A stretch of DNA of 64,000 nt from Octopus vulgaris (lineage: Eukaryota), in assembly GCA_951406725.2 (NCBI GenBank), contig OX597830.1, positions 69,006,001 through 69,070,000 on the forward strand. The letters are read 5' to 3'. The notes under the pieces were generated by a model, which saw nothing but the letters and a program-made list of their open reading frames with translations, did not search any database and was not told where the DNA came from. Shown in pieces: positions 13,090 to 25,585 of this stretch. Every line of letters begins with the position of its first letter. The stretch's first letter is position 1. Made by a program: the position numbers and the translations under genes.

Positions 13090-14330
13090 TGTATATCCTG
13101 GGTGTATCAACAAAATTGTCCAAACTTTGGTTTCAAACATTTGATTCATAGAAATGACATTTTCATAAATAATTAACCATAGCTCAGTATTCAAAGCTCA
13201 TAGATGATTCGAGTAAAGATCGAATAGAAACTTCAAGATTTATTTTGAGGTGCCAAAGATATGCCTAGCTGAAATCCTACCTGTTCGGCATCAAGATTTG
13301 CTCCTCTTTTGGCGATGACTTCCTCAACACTCTACCGAACTGCACTATAAGCTCTCTTAATGAATTCCTTATCAATGCTCTCCTCCCATGGATGTTTTGC
13401 AGGTGTGCAAGTTACTGTGAATCTTCACTCAAACTTTTTCTTATCAGTTCATCCCAGATGCTGACGTCTAGATGGTTCAAATCCTCAAACCTGTTCTCAA
13501 GCTCATCCCTGAGGAACTTTCCAGCCACTGTACTTGATAGACAAGGACATGTAAACTTGAAATCCTTAGCGAAATTGTTGGGGTATCCCTCGTGATTTCA
13601 AAATCTGAACATAACAAACTCCTGTCAGTCTTCTCAAACATAATCAGTTGCATGTTCATGCCATCAGAGGCCACATAGGCGAAAAGCATCATCTTAGTAG
13701 CGTTTTGCACCAAAAAATGACACTTTTGGCTCTCTCTCCTGAGGAGCTGAAGCCAAAACGTGGTTGTTGCATGTTTGTATGCTTATCTTGGGTGAAAATC
13801 TCATTTGAGCAAAGCTCAATCTAGGGTTGTGTTTCCCGTTGTTCAACATGATCTTCACTCTCTCCAACCTTCTAACCTTTTGTCCCGGAGTAACAAGGTA
13901 CCTCACAGGTCTCAGTACTACTTCCTTTTCAAGTCTTTTATCACCACTCTTGGAAATTTCGTAGCCGAAAATCCACTCTTATGTGCCAAATGTCTTATGG
14001 ATTGAGATGGATCTCTTCTGACCGATCTCTTCAGGTCCAGATTAAAATGATGATATCTTTTGTAGTTATGACATCCTGATCCAGCTCCCCTCCTCTCTAT
14101 ACCCACATTTTCAAACTTATTCACAATTCTTTTGTTGGTTTTTAAAAGGATTTTGAAGATGGAAGCCAGAGAATGAATATTGGTACCATTACTGAAGGCC
14201 TGGATGATCTTAGTCCTCTCAACATTTCTCATTTTGGAAGAGATACTGAGGCTGGCACAAAACTATTGCAGCCTGTACTCTTTCTTTGCAAAATATCTCA
14301 AGGAGTAATTGACTGATTCTTACAGAAACT
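13090..14330 (-). mobile_element. Decayed Tc1/mariner-superfamily transposase
   Basis: HTH region (GAGSG...LKRSVRRDPSQSIRHLA), V.SDG, and a DLNHLDVSIW match to DLNPLD.SIW. Multiple frameshifts; no clear TIRs. Confidence 0.7.
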
Positions 14331-14852
14331 GGTGTCAGTATGACCAGTCGTTTCATCTGGAAATCCATATATATATATATCAAATAAACTAGCTAGTTAA
14401 GACAATCTCTATCAGAGATAAAGCGGTATTTATACTGGGAGTTTACCGCCACCTAAATACGGGTGTTCTCTTGGAACCGACGATACTGCTAGTTTAGCTC
14501 CAGCTTGTTATTCAATGCACTCTGCACTTGATATATATTACAAGAGTGGAGATAGCTCCCTACTATTTTAGCCCCGAGATTACTAGGCCGTATGGTTTGG
14601 ATCTCCTTATGGTCATCCTTGGTGGTGGATACTCATCTGCGAGACATAGCAGTAGTTCTCCCCTTCTCACAATATATAGAAAATTTACTGCTCAGTGTAA
14701 AATCTGCTTTCATTTCTTATATGCGTTTTCTTAACTTGCTAGTATGCTTGTTGCAAAATCAGACACTGCATGTCACACCTTTTAAACACCCCTGTTTCAG
14801 ATAGTGATAAACATTACATAAACATTACTTCTCCCTCTCTCTCTCTTTCTTT

Positions 14853-14893
<41 letters not shown>

Positions 14894-16530
14894 TCACTCT
14901 GTATATATCTACACACACACACATATATAATTGAAGAAATTGAAGTCATGAAAAGGGAGTACTGTTGGACATTTGTTTGTTATTCACTACATAGTTCTCC
15001 AAGGATACAAGTATTTAATTATGCAACTGTTTGCTTGCATAAAGAGATCTAGTTGTGTTTCCTCAGGCGGTATACAAGTATTATCTCTGTTAGTTTAAAA
15101 TCTTCCACTTCAAGGCCATTCTTTCTGTTTGTAGTAGTTTGAATTTGGTTGTGGCTGAGAACCTCATGGTGTGAACTCTGATAGCATGTTTGTCCGACTA
15201 CTATTGAGGGTAGTGTGTGACACAGGCTAAACCTTCAGTGGTATTGACTTTTGTTTGGCTGTATTTCCCATTTGTTCTGCATGGTTGGCTGCACATGTGA
15301 ATTTCCCACTATGACCTTTAGTAGTCATTGGTCAGATACATACACACATACACATAGAGAGAATCACACATACATTCACACACACAAATCTACTTATATA
15401 TTCCCATATATAAACTCACTGAGTAGATGATGAAGGGCTGAGACTTCTCACGATTTGCTAGGCTTGAAAAAAACATGTCAAGCAAAGTAAAATCGTGGTC
15501 ATCCATACATACAGGCATGTCCTGTACGACCATGACTGTCCCTTCACATTCTTATGCCACATATACTCTATCCCCTCTGTGCTATTTATACACTTCCCTG
15601 CCACTGTTCCATATAGGTAACCCCTCCTCTTTCTCTCTCTCTCTCTCACACACACACACATACACACACACTTACTATTTTTCTCTCTCTCTCTCTCTCA
15701 TCTCACTACCCTTTCTTGTCATATTGGGTTACCAAGTATGTCCTCTGTGGTAAGACTGCTATCCCTGTCCTTCTATCATAATCCAACTTCTCTCTCTCTA
15801 AGCTGAGATATTCTTGTTTTGCAAATTATTTGGAAACCCCATAGATGCTGGTGCCACATAAAAAGCATTCGTGCTAGCTCTACCTCAAAATCATTAATGT
15901 CTGCATCACATAACAGGCACCCATGCTAGTGTCACATAAAAATGCATCTGTACTAGCCCCATGTAAGGGAGCATCGATGCTACCACCATGTAAAAAAAGC
16001 AACGTATTTTGGTCTCTTTATTATTGGATTAAAAATACGTATTAAGAGTCAAAAAAGATGTTTGATATGTTCCCTCCAAAAATTATCATTTAAAGAACTT
16101 GAAGGTCTCTAATGACCATGTAAATTCCAGGAACAAGGTTTCTTCTTTACATCTGCATTTCAAAAAATGCATCTTAGCAGAAATTAAAGATAGACCATTG
16201 GACACATCATAAACCATTCCAATTTGATCTGTGTAATTGTTATATGCATAATGTTTGTTGTAACATTGGTTATCTCCCCTGTGCTTTCCTCTCTGCATTC
16301 TTTCTTTCTGCCTTTTTCTAAATGAGCGTTCGTATTCAGTTGTCAACTGCTTTGAATGCAACTGAATAAGTGTCTTGTTATTACCAGCTTGAAAAATGGT
16401 GAAATAAATTAATATTTCAACCAGGAAACCCTGATTAGTTTTATTCCATAAGAGTTGGGGTTTTATTATACTAATAATTTCTTTACTTTCTTAGCTGATT
16501 GAGTGCTATATGAATTGTTGAAGCCTTATC

Positions 16531-16567
<37 letters not shown>

Positions 16568-17957
16568 GTGCACACACGCACAAACATATAATAATGTAGT
16601 AATATAATCCTTTTACTTCTATCTTCCCTGCTGGCATGGGTTGGATGATCCAATAGGATCCACTGATTTGGAGGACTGTTTTGAGCTCCACTGTGATTTC
16701 TATTTAAAGCAAAAAGAGAAAACTAATCAGAGAGTATAATTATGAAGTTGAATGGCACTGGCTTCATAAACAAAGGAAGAAAGACTTTGAAGAATGTACT
16801 TATAGTTGGACATTACTAAGCCTCTTACATTGGAAGATAAACACCCAGTGAACTGAGGCAGTCACCTGGTTTTAATTCTCAGTTTCAAGTCCTAGTTTCA
16901 GTTTCTGTTTGAAGAGAAATAAGAAGTTATCATAGCTTTGTATTTCTCTTCCAATAAAATTGTTGTCATGTGCTTCGTATAAAACAACCAAGATGATAAG
17001 TACTATTAAACATCATCATTATCATTTAAACATCTATTTTTCTGTGGTGACACATTGTTGCATAGGTCAATTCTATTGTATATCACAAATCCTGTTGACC
17101 CTGCATAATTTTATTTGTTAAACCCTGCATTCTCGTGTCACAGTTCACCATTTCTTCCAGTACCTCATAATTAGTTATACTCTTCTCTATATACCTCCAT
17201 TTTCTCAGCCAAACCTCTCAATGTATAAAATGCATCAGAGACAAAGTGGGGTTAACATACAATGACTTTGTTGGCTTTGAATGAGCCATATTTCTTTAAG
17301 CTATATTCTATTATGAATATGTCATATGGAATCACCTTATGCAGGTTATTCAGAAATCTTATGGAATTATTAGATCCAGTTCCAAATATTAGCAGCCTGA
17401 TAGAAAGAAAGTTTAGAATATTAGTTTTAAAAGGTCTAACAAGACTGGAGTTGCAACTTATTTTCATGGGAGCTACAAAATATTCAATAACAGGATCATT
17501 CAACTGTTTTCTATACTCATTTTCCATTCTTTTTAGCCATTTTTTAAAAGTATATGAGAGATACTGTATACATTTCATAATCTGACATAGCTTACAAGTT
17601 TTAAACAGTTATTTAAATTGATTGAAATTCTGTTTTCATCATATTTAAATTGGTTGAAATTCTGTTTCAACCCAGATGATTTCATTCATTCATTCATATT
17701 CCATCCATTCATATTCCAGTGTACCATACTAAAAACTATAAATAAGATTAAAAGAAATCATGTGTCTTTGTTAATATGGATTGGATTATCACCACCAGAT
17801 AATCATGTCTCCATTCATGTTTTGCACTACAAGTATTCACTTATGTCTTCAAGGTATAATTTGTTGTAAAATTTGAGACTCCATGTTATAGAATTAATGT
17901 TAAACGGAACTCCATCATTCCTTCAAACATTCAAATTACATCTTTTTTTTATTTCAG

Positions 17958-17995
17958 GATATAAAGAAATGGATGCAGGAAAACATAAAATTGAG
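17958..17995 (+). CDS. TRPM: TRPM-family channel, putative N-terminal coding exon (DIKKWMQENIKLR)
   Basis: Polypyrimidine tract + atttcag acceptor and gtaata donor. The peptide resembles the TRPM N-terminal W-x-x-E-N-I-x-x-R motif. It ends in phase 2 (AG), matching the phase-2 start of the 19773/25501 exon. Confidence 0.65.
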
Positions 17996-18854
17996 GTAAT
18001 ACAAAAAATATGTCCCTGGTTTTCAGTTGTGGTATATAGTGAGTTGAAAAACTTTGATCAGCTGAAATTATCCCAGTAATTAGTAGACAACTTCTTCTAA
18101 GGATGTCAATAAGGAGATAACTCTTAAGCTTACGTGTTGATTTTCATATGTCTCTTTTTATATGCTTGAGAGATACTAATAATGGGAGGCCATTGTTAGC
18201 CAAGATACTGGTAGGGTATCTTGTGTCTCCCATTATAAATTTAAATCCAGTCAAAGTATCAAGTTGAAGACAAAGTGAGATAACAAATCTGAATAACATT
18301 TATTTACAGGCTCGAAGTTTGGCTCTCATTAACCATCACTAGCGCAGTGTATCGTCTGGCATGTTGTATGTGTGAGACAGTGGGTTGCTGCTAGTGAGAT
18401 GAGCTGATTCTAGCATGAGAGGCGTGCGGGAACAGAGAATGAAAACGATCAAGAGCTGTCTTATATAGGTGTCCTTCAGGAAAGGCCTACTGTCTCATTG
18501 TGTATGCCCACCGGAAGTTTGTGAGATCTTGCTCTGGTCTTGAGCAGCTAACGGCTGCCAGTGAGAGCTCAATATGGTGTGTCTGTCACTCAATATCACA
18601 AAAATCGATTCCAGGTGAGAATGCGATCGATAAAGCCATGGGAACGTGCATTTGTATGTGCAAGTACATCAGCTGTTGCGATCGATACTACATATACGCG
18701 AGAAAAATGCACGTGCAGTTTGTGCAAAAAAAACGGCTGGCTTGAAATAATGCCACAAAATGGGACGGTCGGACAAGTTGTTTTGAGAAAATTTGGTTTA
18801 AATATTTGACAACTCAGCGCCATCCATTGAACGGAGGGTCGGGGCGTTTTGCTC

Positions 18855-18904
<50 letters not shown>

Positions 18905-19772
18905 TTAATCATATCGAAGGGAAATGGAAATTGATAGAAATTTTCACTTTCAGTGGCCTAGCGTGTAAAAATTTAGTCCAAAGACTATGTACTACTCATA
19001 AAATACAGTGTACATTTAAACACATAAGAAATCCACTCGTGGGATTCAACACGCTAGAAAGAACAGCTAGGTTCCATAACCACAAAATTAAGGATAAAAT
19101 TCGACAGGAACAAAATGAAAAAATAAAAACTTTTACCATCTAGTTTCCTGGACCAATTGGTTTCTGATTTGCCTCATGTTTCATATATTTAATCTAAGGT
19201 GTACCTGTTGAAGAAGATTTCACCTAGCGAATATTATTTATTTGCTAAACTAAAATCAGAAACCAACTTTCCAGGAAACTAGATGGTAAAAGTGTGTATC
19301 AATGATATCCAGGTAGGGTTACCAGAGACTAACTAGCTCTTAGACGCAGAGGCTATTTTAGTAGTGGTAGAAAAGACAAAGAGAAGACACAGCACATTGG
19401 TGTATATTGGTGACTTCATGCCAGTCAATTGAGTAACCTTTTTCTGGATGTTGTCTTATGATACCTGTATGTGTAGCAGAAGCACCATCCCTATTCTCTA
19501 TTCGACTGTGTACCCCATTTTCTTCATTTACTTCTGACGGTAAAATAACTTCTTGTATTCCTTTCAGTTTATTTAAAATTAATCATTATTTTATTTAACT
19601 AAATTAAAAGATGTTTACTTCCATGAATGGATTTATGTATCTACATCTGTGGATCTTTGTATCTTTCATTGGAGTTGTTCTTTTTCTCTTGATATTGTTA
19701 TTTTTCTTTTTCTACCTTCCCCATCACAACTTTATTTCAGTTGTTCATTTGGTTTCTGTTTGTCTTTGATAG

Positions 19773-19857
19773 AAACGCTACAGATAAAGAGCTATCAAAA
19801 CCCTGTGATGCATTTGGTGAGGTAAAGTTTCCAGAAGATGGTTGGAATATTGCAAAG
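19773..19857 (+). CDS. TRPM: TRPM exon, copy A (NATDKELSKPCDAFGEVKFPEDGWNIAK)
   Basis: tttgatag acceptor, gtaatt donor. Contains the P-x-DAFG-x-x-x-F motif of TRPM MHR1. Ends in phase 0 and joins the FVRV exon at 28952. Confidence 0.8.
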
Positions 19858-20129
19858 GTAATTGCTTTTAATGTTTTTCTTTTTAATTTTTATTGCTAAC
19901 GTTTGTCAGTAGAAATTTTATTGAATAATTAGTTCATGATTTTGCCAAAGAATTTCAATAACAGCAACAATTTACATGCATTTTTAAAAATATATTTACA
20001 TACCTTTTCCTTTTCTGGTACAGTTGGCTCTTATTTTTCCTATTGGTGAGTAATAATGGATAGCAGTACACTTGCACTTAATGATTCTGAAAAGAAAGAA
20101 GTGTAAAGGTGACATCGTTAAAGGTTCAT

Positions 20130-21410
20130 ATATGTGGAGATGGCATGAAAGAAAGGTCTTTCAAATATGGACTCAACAGAGGGACTAGTAATTCTAGATG
20201 GTAGCAGTATCATAAATAAAATACTGAAGAATATAAAAGCAGGAAAAACTCCATGAACCATTAGGAATGACTGCTATAATGTTTAAAATACTTTGCAGTG
20301 TGGGTTATGGCTTAGTTACTTGTATAGTCAATCAGATTATACAGGAAAGTGGTCTGCCCAGTGACAGGCATTACATTATTACAACCGACTATCACAAGGA
20401 TAAAGAAGATACTAGAGAAAGGTAATCACAGAAGTATCAAATAGCTGGACAAAGTTATGGGAACAACTACAGCTCAAATAATTAGAGAAAAAGTTACACT
20501 AGACGAGATATAGTTTGGTTTTTTATTAGGGACAAGTACTAGAGAAGTCTTTTCTTTTTTAGCGAAGTAACTGCTGCAGAAGCATTTAGTTAAAAGTAAG
20601 CTGCTCTACTGAACATTCATTGGCCTGCAGAAAACCTTTGACAGAGATCCTTATTCTATGATGGTAGTTATAGAGGGAGATAGCAGAAGCCAAATGGCTT
20701 GTGATAGCCACACAAACCCTGTATAGAATGGCTGTTAGAAATAAATTCCACGCAGTGTCCTCAGTGAAAACTATAGAAACACAGGAGTTGCATAGTATCA
20801 CAGACAATTTAATAGAGAAAGTAAACTTCATATGCAGCTGATGCACATGCAAAAAAAATTCTATATGTACATGGGAAATAGATTTTGTGAAATGCCCAGG
20901 ATGATCCTTAGACAGAAAAGATAGTTATTATTACATAGCAGTGGAGAATGTTGTTCGGAAATTATAACGACTAGAATAAAAATTAGGCTGGAGAAATTTG
21001 AAGGAGTTTTACCTTTTGTTGGTAACAAAACATTTCTCTCATTATGAAATACTGATGGTATGATGATTATGTACGAACGACAGTGCTACATAGTAATGAG
21101 ATGTGGACTCTAAACACAGTGGATATGCGAAGATGTATAAAATCTGTGTATATGAACAATAATGTACAAACATATTGAGAAAAATGTGAGCAGAAAAGGA
21201 ATCGATGTTTTGTTCAAGACTGTACGAATATGTTCATGGATGCTTTTGGGTGAGGTTAGCTGTATAACGAAATGCTGTTTACTGAAAATCGATGGAACTT
21301 GTGGAAAAGGGAGATTGGGGTTGACATGAGATGAAATAGTGATCTTAAAACTTTAAATTTCACAGAGATAACAAAGAGGACACCTGACCATATGTGGTGC
21401 TTGAGAAGGC
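20130..21410 (+). mobile_element. Highly decayed RTE LINE (duplicated at ~25860-27140)
   Basis: Residual similarity to the RTE RT and C-terminus at 22318-23518. Confidence 0.6.
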
Positions 21411-22122
21411 CACACATCTTGATTAAACATAGGTTCTAGAATCATAATGTCTATATATACTCTACCACTACCTCACTTAAATTCTTCATAAAACATTCAC
21501 CCCCTTCATTTTCCTATCACTGCTCTCTCCATCACTTTCCTAACTGCAATATTTTGCTGCTATAGTTAACTGGGGAAAATAAATGTATATATCATCTACC
21601 CTTCTGTGATATCAGTTATCTTTCTTACTACCAAAAACTGCTTCATTTTATGTCGATGCTTGATCCTTAACATTGTCCCTCTCCACTCTTATTTTACACT
21701 GAGTATCCCCCACCTTTTCAATGCTATCAAATTAACTTTCCTTTTCCCTCTTCACTGAACCAACTTCCCTCCACACTACATCTTACACTCCATTTGAGGG
21801 GGTCTTGTACTGCAAGTTACTTGGTGACCTCATGGTTGCTGTAGTCACGTAAAGAGCACCCAGTACACTCAGTAAAGTGGTTGGCATTAGGAAAGGCATC
21901 CAGTTGTAGAATCCATGCCAAAATAAACTGAAGAGCTTGGTGTAGTCTTCTGATTTGCCTGTCCCCCTCAAATCGTCCTACTCACACTAGCATGGTAAAT
22001 GGACATTAAATGATGATGATGTTAATGATGTTATATACATATGTGTGTGAGAGCCTGCTGCATGTGTGCTTGTGTGCGTGTATGCATGTAAATGGGGGTC
22101 CTGGAAATAGCCTTTTCACACT

Positions 22123-24134
22123 AGATATCCCTCAAGTTAGAAGCATGGTGGTCAGATGAGGACATAACCTAGGAATAGGTGATGAATGCCTGGCTACAAA
22201 GAGGGCTGTGCAAGCCATGGTACAGAGATGCCTGTAAGTGAGATGCAGTTAGGGTGATGGCAGCTGCAGGAGAAATACCTAGCCAAAGATAAGCCCCTGT
22301 ACCTGGCTTTCGTTGACATGGAGAAAGCCTTTGATAGGGTCCCCCGATCCCTCATCTGGTGGTCAATGAGGAAACTAGGAATAGATGAATGGCTGGTGAG
22401 GGCTGTGCAAGCCATGTACAGAGATGCCGTAAGTAAGGTTAGGGTTGGCAACATGTACACAGAGAAATTCAGCCACCAGGGTTCAGTACTCAGCCCCCTC
22501 CTATTTATCATAGTCCTCCAGGCAATTGTGGAGGAATTCAAGACAGGTTGCCCCTGGGAGCTCCTCTATGCTGACGACCTCGCTCTAATTGCTGAGTCAC
22601 TATCAGAACTGGAGGAGAAGTTCCAGATGTGGAAGGAGGGTTTAGAATCGAGGGGCCTTAGAGTCAACCTAGCTAAAACCAAAGTACTAATAAGTAGAAA
22701 GGTAGACAATCCACAAATGTCCTCAGGAAGATGGCCCTGCTCGATCTATAGAAAAGGTGTAGGTAGAAACTCTATAAGATGTACCCAGTGTAAGCTATGG
22801 ACTCATAAGAGGTGCAGCAATGTCAAAGGTAGGCTAACTGGGAAGATAGTTTTGTATGTGGCAGATGCTCGGGAGCATTGACCTCCGAAGATCTGCAGAA
22901 AACAACTTCCGTCACTTTGCAAGGGGAAAAATTAGATGTAGTTGATAGCTTCCGTTATCTAGGTGACCAAGTCAGTAGTGGGGGTGGGTGCGCTGAGAGT
23001 GTAACTGCTAGAATAAGAATAGCCTGGGCAAAGTTTAGGGAGCTCTTACCTCTGCTGGTGATAAAGGCCTCTTGCTCAGAGTAAAGGGCAGACTGTATGA
23101 TGCATGTGTGCGAACTGCCATGCTACATGGCAGTGAAACATGGGCCGTGACTGCTGAGGACATGCGTAAGCTCATGAGGAATGAAGCCAGTATGCTCCGA
23201 TGGATGTGTAATGTCAGTGTACTTACTCGACAGAGCGTTAGTTCCTTGAGAGAAATGTTGTACCTAAGAAGCATCAGTTGTTGTGTGCAAGAGAAACGAT
23301 TGCGCTGGTATGATCATGTGGCGAGAATGGATGAAGATAGGTGTGTGAGAAAGTGCCAATCCCTAGCAGTTGAGGGAACCCGTGGAAGAGGTAGACCCAG
23401 GAAAACCTGGGACGAGGTGGTGAAGCACGACCTTCGAACGTTAGGTCTCACCATGGAAATGACTAGAGACCGAGACCTATGGAAGTATGCTGTGCGTGAG
23501 AAGACCCGGCAAGACTAGTGAAGCCATAACCCATGGCCCCTACCTGGGACGTAGTCAGTCCACCTGTGCATACCTTCCTGCTTGTAACACTTGTGAAGAC
23601 CTGTTGAGGCAAGTGAAAGTCAAATCGAATCAAATCAAACCAATCAAAATAGATGAACATCAATGGAATTTGTATCCTTGTGGTACCAGTGCCGGTGGCA
23701 CATAAGAAAACCATCCGAACGGGACCGTAGCCAGTACCGCATCGACTGGCCTCCGTGCTGTGGGCACGTAACAAACACCATCCGATCGTAGCCGTTCGCC
23801 AGCCTCGTCTGGCACCTGTGTAGGTGGCACATAAAAAACACCATCCGAGCGTGACCGTCTGCCAGCCTTGTCTGGCACCTGTGTAGGTGGCACATAAAAA
23901 AACACCATCCGAGCGTGACCGTCTGCCAGCCTCGTCTGGCACCTGTGTCGGTGTCACATAAAATCACCCACTACACTCTCGGAGTGGTTGGCGTTAGGAA
24001 GGGCATCCAGCTGTAGAAACACTGCCAGATCTGACTGGCCTGGTGCAGCCTTCGGGCTTGCCAGACCCCAGTTGAACCGTCCAACCCATGCTAGCATGGA
24101 AAGCGGATGTTAAACGATGATGATGATGATGATG

Positions 24135-24135
<1 letters not shown>
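22123..24135 (+). mobile_element. 5'-truncated, relatively young RTE LINE with 3' UTR and (GAT)n tail
   Basis: DMEKAFDRVPR, HQGSVLSP, YADDL, FRYLG, LHGSETWA, RGRGRPRKTW; a few frameshifts. Confidence 0.93.
23690..23965 (+). repeat. ~60-bp tandem repeat (about 4 units) in the RTE 3' UTR
   Basis: Unit approximately ggtggcacataaaaaacaccatccgagcgtgaccgtctgccagcctcgtctggcacctgtgta. Confidence 0.85.
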
Positions 24136-24166
<31 letters not shown>

Positions 24167-24168
24167 TC

Positions 24169-24315
<147 letters not shown>

Positions 24316-24546
24316 TGGCGGTGCCCCAGCATGGCCACAGCTCATTAGCTGAAACTGGAAAAATCAAAATCAAAATCAATATATATATACAATTGCAGCG
24401 TGGAAGGTGTTTATAAGCCATTTAAGAAACACACAAAAGCCGTTCGATTCACTTCAACATTTAAGTTTAATTTGTCAAAATAATTTCGTCGCTAAAATCC
24501 GCGACCTGTTCACTGACAAAAGTCTGTGCTGCACGGACTTTTGTCA

Positions 24547-24602
<56 letters not shown>

Positions 24603-24906
24603 TATACTTAATCATATCGAAGGGAAATGGAAATTGATAGAAATATTCACTTTCAGTGGCCTAGCGTGTAAAAATTTAGTCCAAAGACTATGTACTACTC
24701 ATAAAATACAGTGTACATTTAAACACATAAGAAATCCACTCGTGGGATTCAACACGCTAGAAAGAACAGCTAGGTTCCATAACCAGAAAATTAAGGATAA
24801 AATTCGACAGGAACAAAATGAAAAAATAAAAACTTTTACCATCTAGTTCCCTGGACCAATTGGTTTCTGATTTGCCTCATGTTTCATATATTTAATCTAA
24901 GGTGTA

Positions 24907-24979
24907 CCTGTTGAAGAAAATTTCACCTAGCGAATATTATTTATTTGCTAAACTAAAATCAGAAACCAACTGGTCCAGG
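24907..24979 (+). ncRNA. Hammerhead-like motif (C3>U) in an inverted-repeat cassette; paralog at 19204-19275
   Basis: cctg TTGAAGA ...aaatca GAAAC caactg GTC^cagg. In copy 1 the ~41-bp arms lie at 19129-19169 and 19253-19293. Confidence 0.55.
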
Positions 24980-25500
24980 AAACTAGATGGTAAAAGTGTG
25001 TGTATCAATGATATCCAGGTAGGGTTACAAGAGACTAACTAGCTCTTAGATGCAGAGGCTATTTTAGTAGTGGTTGAAAAGGCAAAGAGAAGACACAGCA
25101 CATCTGTGTGTCAGAATTTGATGTATATTGGTGACTTCATGCCAGTCAATTGAGTAACCTTTTTCTGGATGTTGTCTTATGATACCTGTATGTGTAGCAG
25201 AAGCACCATCCCAGATGTAGAATCTCTATTCGACTGTGTACCCCATTTTCTTCATTTACTTCTGACGGTAAAATAACATCTTGTATTCCTTTCAGTTTAT
25301 TTAAAATTAATCATTATTTTATTTAACTAAATTAAAAGATGTTTACTTTCATGAATGGATTTATGTATCTACATCTGTGGATCTTTGTATCTTTCATTGG
25401 AGTTGTTCTTTTTCTCTTGATTTTGTTATCTTTCTTTTTCTACCTTCCCTATCACAACTTTATTTCCGTCGTTCATTTGGTTTCTGTTTGTCTTTGATAG

Positions 25501-25585
25501 AAACGCTACAGATGAAGAGCCATCAAAACCCTGTGATGCATTTGGTGAGGTAAAGTTTCCAGAAGATGGTTGGAATATTGCAAAG
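25501..25585 (+). CDS. TRPM: TRPM exon, copy B (NATDEEPSKPCDAFGEVKFPEDGWNIAK)
   Basis: Duplicate of 19773-19857 with intact AG/GT sites and two amino-acid differences (K>E, L>P). Confidence 0.8.

Larger units (their letters stand above)
18901..22122. repeat. 3.2-kb duplicated segment, copy 1
   Basis: Near-identical to 24604-27865 with scattered substitutions and small indels; starts at (TA)n. Contains a TRPM exon, a hammerhead cassette and a decayed RTE. Confidence 0.95.

Noticed and set aside
14478-14493. cgatactgctagt, identical to the Helitron end at 181-193
   Set aside because: No upstream GC hairpin or further similarity; probably chance.
16086-17600. Minus-strand ORFs of 91 and 108 aa (and similar coding-like sequence at 3100-3950)
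   Set aside because: Possibly very old LINE remnants, but no motif could be identified with confidence.
23690-23965. Regularly spaced repeats resembling a CRISPR array
   Set aside because: Whole units repeat with no unique spacers, inside a LINE 3' UTR in eukaryotic DNA; no cas genes.
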